The notes under the pieces are model-generated. The model ran no database searches. It had not been told where the DNA came from and saw nothing but the letters and a program-made list of their open reading frames with translations. A stretch of DNA of 32,810 nucleotides. Origin: a virus. Lineage: Duplodnaviria; Caudoviricetes. Shown here one piece after another: positions 16,319 to 26,278 of this stretch. Numbering within the stretch: position 1 is the first letter of the stretch; every line of letters begins with the position of its first letter. The position numbers were made by a program, and so were the translations under genes. The stretch covers positions 1 through 32,810 of IMG/VR virus record IMGVR_UViG_3300014169_000016. One strand, given 5' to 3'.

Positions 16319-17158
16319 ACGGGCATTGGAACAGGTTTGGGGATTGCTGGAATCGCAAGCGCGGGAATCGGCGCGGCCGGTTCGCTTGGTGCGGGTTCCG
16401 AACAAGCCGGAGCCGCGAAATCCGCTGAGCAGCTTCAGTATCAAGAGCAGCAACAGGCGCTTCAGTTCCAGGAACAAGAGTGGGAGCAGCAGCAACAAAA
16501 TGAAGCTCCTTATCTCCAAGCTGGCGGGAAAGCGATTGGGAACCTCTACAATCTTGCAAATGGCGGGCTGCCAGCATGGAGCGGTTCCTTTCAGGCGCCC
16601 ACGGCGCAGCAAGCCGAGCAGACCCCCGGCTATCAATTCCAGGTTCAACAGGGCGATCAGGCGCTCCAGAACTCTGCGGCGGCGCGCGGCGGTGTATTAT
16701 CGAGCGGCACGGCGAAGAATCTTGAGGCTTACAATCAGGGACTCGCTTCGACGGACTATCAGCAGGTTTTCAACAATTCCCTGACGCAGTACCAGCAAGC
16801 CTACAACGAATATCAGCAGAATCAATTGAATCAGTTCAACCGACTGGCATCCGTGGCGGGAGTGGGGCAAACGGCAGTTGGTCAAACGGGCCAACTCGGG
16901 CAGGCCGCATCGAACAACCTCGGAAATATCTTCCTGACCGGCGGAGCGCAGCAGGGACAAGATTTGCAATTCGGCGCAGCGGCGAATGCGAGCGGTTACG
17001 TTGGCGCAGCAAACGCCGCAGCCGGTGGATTGGGCAGCCTATCGGGCGCTTTGACGCTTCAGCAGATTCTTGCGCAGAATGGTCAGAATCCAGGGCAGGT
17101 TCCCAACTATGACCCCAACTACAACTATATGACGACTACAGGACCGACGCAGGAATAA
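16319..17158 (+). CDS. pilot / DNA-ejection protein (start uncertain: ATT 16313, ACG 16319 or TTG 16337)
   Basis: Gly/Ala-rich N-terminus; TPGYQFQVQQG, NSAAARGG..SSGT; Gln-rich helices. Confidence 0.8.
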   Translation, partial: TGIGTGLGIAGIASAGIGAAGSLGAGSEQAGAAKSAEQLQYQEQQQALQFQEQEWEQQQQNEAPYLQAGGKAIGNLYNLANGGLPAWSGSFQAPTAQQAEQTPGYQFQVQQGDQALQNSAAARGGVLSSGTAKNLEAYNQGLASTDYQQVFNNSLTQYQQAYNEYQQNQLNQFNRLASVAGVGQTAVGQTGQLGQAASNNLGNIFLTGGAQQGQDLQFGAAANASGYVGAANAAAGGLGSLSGALTLQQILAQNGQNPGQVPNYDPNYNYMTTTGPTQE

Positions 17159-17160
17159 CA

Positions 17161-18723
17161 ATGGCTGGCATACCTCTAGCCGCACTTTCTATAAACACGC
17201 AGCAACCTAACCCGCTCGACACGGCGGCAAAGGCCATGAACCTGCAAAATATCATGCAGGAGGGGCAGACTCGCCAGCTCCAGCAGATCGGCCTATCGCA
17301 AGAAAATCAACAGCGCGCATTGCAGTTGAAGGACAAAGAAACGCTGCGCTCCCTCTCTTCGCAGCATGTCCAGAAAGACTCGAATGGGAATGTTACAGGA
17401 TTCGATTTCGATGGGCTAATCAAAGACGCTGCTGGTGCAGGAGTTTCCCCGCAAACACTCAATCAAATGCAGAATCAGTGGGCGGAAGCCATTAAGAATC
17501 TCGCGGGCGCCGATGAAGCGACGCGGAACAATGAAACGGCAAAAAACAAAACGATGTATGAAGCGTTGGAGTCGCTGCGCGCTTTGCCGCAAGCTCAACG
17601 GCCAGCCGCGCTCCAGCAAGCTATTCCAAGCCTGCAAAAACAGGGCGTGGATACATCACAGATTCCGCCGAATGCCGTACTAGACGACGCCTCGCTAACG
17701 CAGTTCGAAGCCAGACTCGGAATGCACGCGCAAATCTTGGCGGACGCAAAAACAGCAGCAGAGACGAATCAAGCCAATCAAAAAGCCAACCTCGACAAGA
17801 TGGAAGCCGCGGAAAAAGGTTCTCCGCTCACCAAAATGGAGAATGACCCGACAATGTTTGCCGGAGACAAACTCCCCGCATCCATGGCCTACCTGCAAAG
17901 CAAGGTCAATGACTCGGACCCGGCCACAGTGGCGCGTGCAACGCGATTGCTGTCCATCGCAAAAGTCTCACAAGCGAATCAGTTGGGAATAGAAGCGTCA
18001 AAGAAGGCAACGGACCAGGCCATCCAGGACGGCGATCCGAATGCCGCAGCGAAGCTTCTCGTGGATGGAACGGTCGCACCCTCGCAAATCATCTCCTCCC
18101 GCAAGCCGGAATTCGCGCAGAAAGCATTTACAGCGGCACAAGCGCTACAGCCCGGATGGGACGCGCGCAAGGCAGAGGCTGACTTCAAGGTTGCCAGCTC
18201 TCCGGCGCAAGTGGCCTTCTTTGGCTCGGCAAAGTCTCTAACGGACAAGGGAGGTACGCTCGACCAGCTCGCCGCAGCAGCTAAAGACATTCCGGGCGGA
18301 CAAATCCCGATATTCAACTCAATTGCCGATGCCATCAATGCTTCGACCGGCAGCGGCCCCATTGCAAAGTATGCCTCTATCGCGCTCGGCTTCGCCGACG
18401 ACTATTCGAAGGTGATGGGCGGGGGGCAGGGAAGCGATACATCGCGCACGCAGGCTCTACAACTCGTCTCATTGAAGCAAAGTCCAGATCAGCGTGCGGC
18501 ATCCATTGAAGGGATTCGAGGAGCCGTCATGTCGCAATTGAATTCGCGCATCGGAAGCAATCCAGTCCTGAAAAAGATGTACGGCGATTCCTTGGATGTG
18601 AATAAAACCAATGCGGAGCATGTTCCAGGCGGAAAAGCGGCCGGATTACAAGAGGGCCAGACTGGCACCGGCTCTGATGGCAAACAATATGTCGTGAAAG
18701 GCGGAGTGTGGCAAGCAAGGTAA
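17161..18723 (+). CDS. putative internal virion/ejection protein
   Basis: 520-aa Ala/Gln-rich helical protein following the pilot gene. Confidence 0.7.
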   Translation: MAGIPLAALSINTQQPNPLDTAAKAMNLQNIMQEGQTRQLQQIGLSQENQQRALQLKDKETLRSLSSQHVQKDSNGNVTGFDFDGLIKDAAGAGVSPQTLNQMQNQWAEAIKNLAGADEATRNNETAKNKTMYEALESLRALPQAQRPAALQQAIPSLQKQGVDTSQIPPNAVLDDASLTQFEARLGMHAQILADAKTAAETNQANQKANLDKMEAAEKGSPLTKMENDPTMFAGDKLPASMAYLQSKVNDSDPATVARATRLLSIAKVSQANQLGIEASKKATDQAIQDGDPNAAAKLLVDGTVAPSQIISSRKPEFAQKAFTAAQALQPGWDARKAEADFKVASSPAQVAFFGSAKSLTDKGGTLDQLAAAAKDIPGGQIPIFNSIADAINASTGSGPIAKYASIALGFADDYSKVMGGGQGSDTSRTQALQLVSLKQSPDQRAASIEGIRGAVMSQLNSRIGSNPVLKKMYGDSLDVNKTNAEHVPGGKAAGLQEGQTGTGSDGKQYVVKGGVWQAR

Positions 18724-20435
18724 CGATTACACCGGATTCTCCTCCGGCGCCGCCGATGAGCGCGAGTGGCGGGCAGGTGACAATCACGCCCGATTCCAAG
18801 CCGCAAGGACCGACGATTGGTCCGCGTGCTATTGAGTATCCATCAACGGTCCCTGGGGCGAAGTATGTGCATGATGCGCTTCAGGAACTTGAAGACTGGG
18901 GACATAATACTCCCCAAGAGAGACAGCAACATCCGTATCAATCCGCTATCGGGGACGCCGCCGCGAACCTAAAGCAACTGCTCGTCGGCGGGCAGGGCGG
19001 AGGGATGGACTTAAAGACTGGCCTTCTGACCAATCCCGTTATCGGCGCAGTCAGTGGTGTACCCGAGGACGAATCGCTGAATGCGGCGCGCGCGGGATTT
19101 CAGGCCGTAAAAGGCGTGGCGAAGAAAGTGTTGAGCAGTCCAGCCACGGCCGTTGACGCCGTCAAAGCGACCGAGGCGGGCCGAGCGCTGACGCAAACCC
19201 TTGCGCCAGAAACTGCGGCTGCGCCCCTGTCTGCAACTCGCGGAGCGGCCACCACGGGTGGGGCAGCTACAACGAGCATAACGAATCAAGATGTTATCAA
19301 GCACGCGTCGGACATGGGAATCAAATTGACTCCCGCTCAGGCTCTCCAAACTTCCGCCGCGAAGTCGGAACAAACATTGGGCGAAGAAGCATTAATCACC
19401 GGCAGCAAAATCAAAGAAGCGGCCGCCGTGGAACGCGGAAAGCTTGCGGATGAAGTCGCGCAATTCCAGGATCGGCTTGATCCTCAGCGCGGCGGTATGT
19501 CGGCGGAATCGGCGGGAGAGCATCTGCAAAACTCGGCCGATGTAGCACGTTCGGTATTGAAAGATAACGTCAATCAGGCGTATGCTGATGTGAAGGCGCA
19601 GCAAGCCGACCTTGCTGGTGACGCACAAGGACCGCTCCAGCAACTGATCCATGATGAAACCTTTGCCCGGCAGCCGCATGCGGCCGTAGAACAGCCAGTT
19701 TTTCAAACTTCCGCAGCAAAAGCTGCGATTAAAGACATTCAGGACATGCTCGCCGATCCGGCGATGCAGGGAAGGCAATCGGTTCAGTCGCTCAGAAATC
19801 TGAGAACGACTCTTTTAGAAAAAGGCAATGACTATGGGGCAAATGCTCTTAGCGATTCTGGTCAGCGTATCTATAGGCTTGCGGCTTCTCGCGTGGATGA
19901 TGCGATCATGGACGCAGCCAAAGGAACTGACTTTGAGCAAACCTTCCGAGATGCTGGACAGCAGAACTCCAAGCTGCAAAGTCTATACAATCAGCGAGGG
20001 GCGGCTCCTTATCGAATCCTCAATACCGAAGACCCCGCCGCAGTTACCAATGGAATCCTCAACAGATCCTCCGTTCAAGAAATAGAAACTCTCAAGGGCG
20101 AAAACTTCGACCTCGGTCCGCTGGCGCGCCAATTAGTCGAAGACATTAAGGATGGCGGTTTCCGTGTCACCAATGGCGGACTCGGTGGCTATCCCGATAC
20201 ATTCCTGCGTTCCCTACTCGGACCGGACGCGACGAAAGAACTCTACATGAAGGCGGAAATCGCGCGTCGGCTCGCCGAAAATTACAATCCTTCCGGCTCT
20301 GGCAAAGTTGTTCTAGGCGCATCGCAAGTGCTTCATCCGGTTGCGGCTGTCGGTGCGCAAGTTGCCCGACTCCGGTCCATGCCGCAAGCCGCCGCTAACT
20401 ACCTCCCGAAATCATTGGCAGACCTCGCAAAATGA
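18708..20435 (+). CDS. putative internal virion/ejection protein
   Basis: 575-aa Ala-rich helical protein; NPSGSG motif near the C-terminus. Confidence 0.7.
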   Translation: MASKVTITPDSPPAPPMSASGGQVTITPDSKPQGPTIGPRAIEYPSTVPGAKYVHDALQELEDWGHNTPQERQQHPYQSAIGDAAANLKQLLVGGQGGGMDLKTGLLTNPVIGAVSGVPEDESLNAARAGFQAVKGVAKKVLSSPATAVDAVKATEAGRALTQTLAPETAAAPLSATRGAATTGGAATTSITNQDVIKHASDMGIKLTPAQALQTSAAKSEQTLGEEALITGSKIKEAAAVERGKLADEVAQFQDRLDPQRGGMSAESAGEHLQNSADVARSVLKDNVNQAYADVKAQQADLAGDAQGPLQQLIHDETFARQPHAAVEQPVFQTSAAKAAIKDIQDMLADPAMQGRQSVQSLRNLRTTLLEKGNDYGANALSDSGQRIYRLAASRVDDAIMDAAKGTDFEQTFRDAGQQNSKLQSLYNQRGAAPYRILNTEDPAAVTNGILNRSSVQEIETLKGENFDLGPLARQLVEDIKDGGFRVTNGGLGGYPDTFLRSLLGPDATKELYMKAEIARRLAENYNPSGSGKVVLGASQVLHPVAAVGAQVARLRSMPQAAANYLPKSLADLAK

Positions 20436-21823
20436 AAAAACTAATAGTTGCAGTGATTCTTTGCACGCTTTTCGGGGCAAATGGCGAAGCCCAGGTAGCA
20501 GTTAGTCTTGCACCCGTCGCCCGGCAGCAATTCTTCAACTCCACAGGCACGCCCCTAGCCGGAGGCTGCGTATCCTTCTTTGCTGCGGGCACCACCACAC
20601 AACAAGCAGCCTATTCGGACATAACCGGCCTCTACCAGCTTCAAAACCCGCTCACGCTCGACAATTCCGGCATGGCGACGATCTATCTGGCCAATCAATC
20701 CTATAAAATCCAGGTGAACGCCGCGCCGGGCTCCGGTTCGTGCGCCTCAAACAACCTTGGCGCTCAGCAGTGGGTTCAAGACAATGTTTCTTCCTACCAG
20801 GTCATTTCAAGCATTTCGAATCTGATTTTCGCGGGAGTAACTGTCGATCCGTCAGGCTCAGCCGGAGAAATCGGCTACCGTTCGGACATTCCGTGTTTCC
20901 GCGTCTTCACAACGCTGTGGGATTGCGTCGCAACGCTGAATGGAGTCCAGACGATTGCCAACAAAACGCTAACCGCACCGATTATCAACAATGCATCCGG
21001 GGCAACACTCATTTCACCTTCCATTGCCGGCTTAACAATCGGCGGCGTTGCCGTAGCGACCGGAAATCCAACCAACTTCGTCAATTTCACGAATGGCGCA
21101 GCCGGAACAACGCTGAATTCGCTCGCCAAGCTGGTTGTCAATGGCTCCGGCGTGAATGCCGTCAATACCGTAACGACGGATACCGGCGGCGTCGTCGGAA
21201 TAACGATTGGCGGAGGTGGAACGTCGGGAATCGCCATTATCCAGCGCACCGGCCAAGTGCTTTGCACGTTCGATGGGAGCACGACCGCCGACGATTATGT
21301 CCAGATCAGCACGACCGTCGCTGGAGACTGTCACGATGGCGGCGTTGCAACTTACCCGACTACGGGAAATCAAGTCATCGGGCGGGCTCTGACGACGAAT
21401 ACCGGCGTTGGCTCCTATCTAATTGACCTTTTCCCCCCAGAGATCAGGTCGGGAGGCTCGATAAGCACGGTTGAATCGACCTGGCCTATTGTGATGACGC
21501 AAGGCTTGAACGTCGGCGCTCCATACACTTTCGCGCAAGTCGTTCTCGCACAGCCGCATATGCTGACGCGCTTCGTCATTTCGATTGGCACCGCTCTTTC
21601 CGGTTGCTCCACGTCTCCGGTCGTGCAGTTCACGGACATTACTTCCTCGACTGTACTGACTTCCACGACGCTTACGAATAGCGCAGCCGGAACGCTCTTT
21701 GATTCCGGCGTTCTCAGCGTTTCAATGACCTCCGGCCATACGTTCGGAATTATTCTCTCGACGGCGGCGGTAGGCTGTACCGGATTCGGAACAAGCAGCA
21801 CGGCAACGGCGGTGTTTCATTGA
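20432..21823 (+). CDS. tailspike/fibre-like protein with head-binding-type domain and signal peptide
   Basis: MKKLIVAVILCTLFGANGEA|Q; QQFFNSTGTPLAGG...AGTTT...YSD...NPLTLD..G. Confidence 0.8.
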   Translation: MKKLIVAVILCTLFGANGEAQVAVSLAPVARQQFFNSTGTPLAGGCVSFFAAGTTTQQAAYSDITGLYQLQNPLTLDNSGMATIYLANQSYKIQVNAAPGSGSCASNNLGAQQWVQDNVSSYQVISSISNLIFAGVTVDPSGSAGEIGYRSDIPCFRVFTTLWDCVATLNGVQTIANKTLTAPIINNASGATLISPSIAGLTIGGVAVATGNPTNFVNFTNGAAGTTLNSLAKLVVNGSGVNAVNTVTTDTGGVVGITIGGGGTSGIAIIQRTGQVLCTFDGSTTADDYVQISTTVAGDCHDGGVATYPTTGNQVIGRALTTNTGVGSYLIDLFPPEIRSGGSISTVESTWPIVMTQGLNVGAPYTFAQVVLAQPHMLTRFVISIGTALSGCSTSPVVQFTDITSSTVLTSTTLTNSAAGTLFDSGVLSVSMTSGHTFGIILSTAAVGCTGFGTSSTATAVFH

Positions 21824-23799
21824 TTAAGAAACTTGCGATTCTCTTTTTGCTAGCCACTGCGCCACTTTGCGCGCAAGGCTATCGCTTCGATTCTCAGGTG
21901 TCGCAAGAGTTCTCCACGACACTGATTACCGGCGCAACGAATGTCTTGACCGTTCCCGCTGGCCCGATCATCGCATTTTGCAACTTCCCCGCGAATGCCG
22001 TGCCCTGCACGAACAAAGCGACGACCTACACATCCGTCACGCTCGGCACTTCCTGCCCCACTTCGACGCAGATCACGTTGACAGGTTCAAATACCTGCGT
22101 AGCTTCGCCGGATTCACAAGACAATTGGGGCGTGTGGGTTCCAAGCGGCCAATACTCCTACACCATTACAATTGGGGGCGTCAACTTCGGCCCTTATGTT
22201 GTTAATTTCGGCGTGCCGAGTGGCACGCTTCTAACAAATCTGTTCGTCACTTCTCTAAATGGCACGGTTTATGCCGATCAGGAAGCGGGAGCGACTGCCG
22301 ACGTAAAAATAAATGCGTGCATCACCGCAGCAATCGCCAGCGGCGCGCACATCTGCAATGCGACGGGACTCTACGGCACGCAAACCATTGCCGCGCAAAT
22401 CAATGTCGGCGATTCTTCGCAGGACCAAGTAGCCCTGATTCTTCCGCCTTACGGAACTTGGGGCGTCACCATCACAAACGGCACCAGTTGCGCCATCAAA
22501 CAGTACGGCAACTCCACGATCTCCGGTCTGGCAACCGGGGGCAGCAACAAGCTTCTGATTCAACCTTCGAGCGGATCCACCAGCGTATCCGCATACTACT
22601 GCCAAGATACCTCCCCAACGGGAGGCGGCTCCTATATCTCTGCGGATGGGTTTGAGATTTATAATCCGGCTGTCGCGGCAGCGACAAGCGGCTCGGCGAT
22701 GAAGATTTTCGCCAACTTCGACAATGCCAACTATGGTCCGCATCTTATCGTGGCCGACTACATGGAAATTGGCATTCAGGTCGTTGGCGCTTGCTGCTCG
22801 GCTAATTTCTGGGGCGTGGAATCGAGCGGGGGATTCGGAGCTGGCGCGCAACCTCTCAGTGTGAATACAAACGCTGGGGCGAATAGCGGGCTCCAAGTGA
22901 ATTTCTTTGGCGGCAGTTTCGACCATCCAGGCACGGGCAAAAACAACATCCTCGTGCAGGGCACCGGAACCACAGCTCCAATCACCATCGCATTCCACGG
23001 CACCTACATGGAAGGCTACAACGGCGCGAGCGCTTCCACGGCAATGCTGGAATTGCAAAGCGTTCAGAACGCTACGATCACCGGATTGACCGCGTGCGCG
23101 CTGTCCTCTGGCTCGACGCAACCCGCAATTCAGATTGATGATTCGCCTGCCGTAGCGTCAAGCATCAACATCACCGGCCTTGCCGAGCCAACAAATTCGC
23201 CGTGCCTCGGCTCTACCAAGGGTATCGTGGACAACATTAATTCCGTGTCCATCGTTCCCGATGCCGCAAATAACATCTCTTCCTACCATACGGGAAATTC
23301 GAACTTTAACGGCATTGGACTTTCCGCGCCGATCAAGAATACCGCTGGCACGGCCACGATGGGCTTGACGCTCAAGACGGGCTCCGGGGCCGGAAATTAT
23401 ACAGGGGCCAACACCGCGGCATTTGCCAGCGTTGACACGACGAATCTCTGCACGACGATCACGGTCCCAACGGGCTGGAAGCTGAAAGTAGATGCCAGCG
23501 CGGTTATTGAATCTGCGACCGCAGCCGTCGCGCAAAGTTTCGCGCTTGTGGATGCTGGGGTTACCTGCACAAGCGGCGGCGTCACGGCGCTAACCGGGAC
23601 GGAGCGAGACATCACCCCGCCGGCGCTTGGCGCATTCGATGTGAATCTTCATACGCAATATATTTTCACCGGAGACGGGGCGGCACATTCATTCAGCTTG
23701 GTAGCGAAAACTGCGAATGCGGCCGATTCGTGGGGCATACAGAACACGAGCGCGACTTCGGCACCAAGCATGACGTTCACATTAATGCCAAGCAACTGA
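21820..23799 (+). CDS. tailspike-like protein (probable beta-helix) with signal peptide
   Basis: MIKKLAILFLLATAPLCA|Q; KINACITA helix cap followed by a beta-rich region. Confidence 0.75.
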   Translation: MIKKLAILFLLATAPLCAQGYRFDSQVSQEFSTTLITGATNVLTVPAGPIIAFCNFPANAVPCTNKATTYTSVTLGTSCPTSTQITLTGSNTCVASPDSQDNWGVWVPSGQYSYTITIGGVNFGPYVVNFGVPSGTLLTNLFVTSLNGTVYADQEAGATADVKINACITAAIASGAHICNATGLYGTQTIAAQINVGDSSQDQVALILPPYGTWGVTITNGTSCAIKQYGNSTISGLATGGSNKLLIQPSSGSTSVSAYYCQDTSPTGGGSYISADGFEIYNPAVAAATSGSAMKIFANFDNANYGPHLIVADYMEIGIQVVGACCSANFWGVESSGGFGAGAQPLSVNTNAGANSGLQVNFFGGSFDHPGTGKNNILVQGTGTTAPITIAFHGTYMEGYNGASASTAMLELQSVQNATITGLTACALSSGSTQPAIQIDDSPAVASSINITGLAEPTNSPCLGSTKGIVDNINSVSIVPDAANNISSYHTGNSNFNGIGLSAPIKNTAGTATMGLTLKTGSGAGNYTGANTAAFASVDTTNLCTTITVPTGWKLKVDASAVIESATAAVAQSFALVDAGVTCTSGGVTALTGTERDITPPALGAFDVNLHTQYIFTGDGAAHSFSLVAKTANAADSWGIQNTSATSAPSMTFTLMPSN

Positions 23800-23806
23800 G
23801 GAACCT

Positions 23807-26077
23807 ATGAAAACCAGATGGATAGCGGCATTCGCCGCGATTGCGCTGTGCTGTGGACGAATCGAGGCTCAAGGCCCGGTCATCAATGACCCCGCTAACG
23901 GCCTGACGCAGACTTTCTCCAGTGGTGCAGCGATCACTCCCGGCCAGATCGTCAAGCTGAATGGGACCGGGCAAGTCATTCCCGTCACCACTTCCGACAC
24001 TGCTTCGCCCATTGGAATTGCGGCGACTGGCACAAATAGCGCCTACCAGACCATCATTGTGACCATCGGCGGGTCACGAACAATCCTGGTCGATGGCGCT
24101 TGCATAATCGGGCAAAAGGTTCAAATCAGCGCAATTACCGCAGGATATGGAAATTGTTCATCCTCCCCGACGCTTGGCACGGTAGGGCTTGCGCTGGCAG
24201 CGGTTAGCGCCGCAGGGCAGGTATCAGTGCAGCTTCAAATCGGCGGCAGCAGCTCTAATGGCGGTGGCACGGCGACGAACGGCGTAGGCGGTTCTGCGAA
24301 CCCGGCGTCTCCCGCAAAAGCTTTCTATCTCTATCCAAGCTGCTTATCCGCTAATACCGGCCAGTGTTTTCAAAGCCCGGGAAACACGCAGCAAGTCGCA
24401 GACTGTGGCTGGACAGTAGGTCCTCCATCGGTAGTCACCTGTACGGGCAGTCACTTTACTTCAGCGGATGTAGGCAAACGAGCCTTCGGCTACAAGACTT
24501 GCGATGCGTCCGTCAATCTCGCGGCGAATAGCAATAACCTGCCCATGACGACGACGACTCCGTTGACCATTGCGACCTTTAACAGCGCAACGTCCGTCAC
24601 CTTGTCTGGCGCTGCGGTTAACGCCGTAACTATCAGCGGTTCATTTCCGAAAGGCGGCTGTTTTATATGGGGGAATCCCGACGATTCGGGAGCGGTTCTC
24701 ATGGATGCCGCCATGCAAGCATCCCTTGTGTGTCCGAAAGCGGAACTGGGTAATGCGAACTATATGTTTACGACGTACCACTTCGTCGCAAACCCTCCTG
24801 CTTGCGCTAATCTTGGAACTAGTGGCGGCATAAACGCCGGTAACATCGTATACTCTTCCGGCTTCACGCTAACAGGGGCGGGTGCTGGAACTACTAACTT
24901 TTTTCTAACTCCCGGATTCCCGGAAACGGGTACTTGCACAAATGGCATGAGCGGGAAAGCTCTTTGGGTCATTCCACTGCAAGGCGAATGGGCGGATTTG
25001 CAAATAACAGGTGGCGGAAATTTCGTCGCTACGGGTATTTCGACAAACGGTTGCAACATTGTTGAAGCGGACGGACCGGCATCTCTAAGGAATTTCGTAG
25101 CTACCAACTTCGGCGAGCGCGGTTCCAGCAACACGCCTACAAACGGTGTCGGAGCCTATCTATGGACACAATTAAATCACGTAAATTTATCGGCATTCGG
25201 AACGCAGGACGTTGCGACTAACGTTTCTTCTTCTATAACTGCGATCCAGTTATGGGTAGAGAACGTCGGCACGACGGGTATAAGCCTTGGAACGTTGACG
25301 GATTATTACTCTCAGACGGTATCGCAATTCAGCAAGTATAATTTCATCTGCTACGACTGTACGGTAGACGTAGAAAACCTTGTTGACCCGAATACGGTTC
25401 CCTTCCTTTTCGTAAACAAGGGGTTAAACGCCAAATGGTATCGCGGTGGCTTAAGCACCGTCGCGGGAACGTACAATTCCAATAACTTTGTTGGCTACTA
25501 CTGCGAACAGAATGGATGCACGCTAGACGTTCAGGATGCGTTTTTCGATCTAAGCCAACCGTCAACAGGTACGGGGTATATCGCCGTTCAGTGTGCTAAC
25601 ACATGCACGAATCACTTTGAAAATTCCATATTCAAGGGAACGTCTGGCGGATTCGGATACAAGGATGTAGCCGGAAGCGCGTTGTACGACATGGGAGGAA
25701 ATACATTCGGCGCGGTATCTATCGCCGGTTCCGTCTACGGAAGCGCGTCGATAACCGGCACGACTCTTGTAACGGGAAACGTCGTACTCACTTCCGGATG
25801 GGGAACGGGCGCAGCGGCGTCTGCATTTCTTGGCAATTCCTTAGCAGCTCAGTGGACAACAACGATTGGAACGGGGCCGGGAGCGGGAGCGATAACAACG
25901 GTGACTTTCCCGACACCTTTTCTAGTAGCTCCCACGTGCAGCGCTCAAGTTGTTGGGGGAACTTCCACAACGGTGCTTCCTGTGGAATGCAGCGCAACCA
26001 CGACGGCAGCCACGCTCACCTACGTAGGGACGTTCGTAAGTGGGACGGTTATCACCCGGTTGACTGCGAGTAACTAA
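23807..26077 (+). CDS. spike/fibre-like protein with DUF2190-like N-domain and signal peptide
   Basis: MKTRWIAAFAAIALCCGRIEA|Q; AITPGQIVKL...PIGIA; C-terminal TVTFPTPFLVAPTC fibre-type domain. Confidence 0.75.
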   Translation: MKTRWIAAFAAIALCCGRIEAQGPVINDPANGLTQTFSSGAAITPGQIVKLNGTGQVIPVTTSDTASPIGIAATGTNSAYQTIIVTIGGSRTILVDGACIIGQKVQISAITAGYGNCSSSPTLGTVGLALAAVSAAGQVSVQLQIGGSSSNGGGTATNGVGGSANPASPAKAFYLYPSCLSANTGQCFQSPGNTQQVADCGWTVGPPSVVTCTGSHFTSADVGKRAFGYKTCDASVNLAANSNNLPMTTTTPLTIATFNSATSVTLSGAAVNAVTISGSFPKGGCFIWGNPDDSGAVLMDAAMQASLVCPKAELGNANYMFTTYHFVANPPACANLGTSGGINAGNIVYSSGFTLTGAGAGTTNFFLTPGFPETGTCTNGMSGKALWVIPLQGEWADLQITGGGNFVATGISTNGCNIVEADGPASLRNFVATNFGERGSSNTPTNGVGAYLWTQLNHVNLSAFGTQDVATNVSSSITAIQLWVENVGTTGISLGTLTDYYSQTVSQFSKYNFICYDCTVDVENLVDPNTVPFLFVNKGLNAKWYRGGLSTVAGTYNSNNFVGYYCEQNGCTLDVQDAFFDLSQPSTGTGYIAVQCANTCTNHFENSIFKGTSGGFGYKDVAGSALYDMGGNTFGAVSIAGSVYGSASITGTTLVTGNVVLTSGWGTGAAASAFLGNSLAAQWTTTIGTGPGAGAITTVTFPTPFLVAPTCSAQVVGGTSTTVLPVECSATTTAATLTYVGTFVSGTVITRLTASN

Positions 26078-26278
26078 TGGGAAGTCTGGCGTGGACAGAA
26101 AGCCAATTTGCAGAGTCTCGGGAAGAAGCGTCTCCTTCACAAGATTCGTAACAAGCAGTCCAGACGCACAAAGTACGAAAATCACGTCGTGTCCAAACAG
26201 ATTGTGGACTACGCTGCGAAACATCGTGACGCGGCGGCAGCCGAGCGGTGCGGACCTGCTCCCGCAAAGGAAAATTAA
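26078..26278 (+). pseudogene. TnpB fragment (relic)
   Basis: Start-less frame: NLQSLGKKRLLHKIRNKQSRRTKYENHVVSKQIVDYAAKH. Confidence 0.6.
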
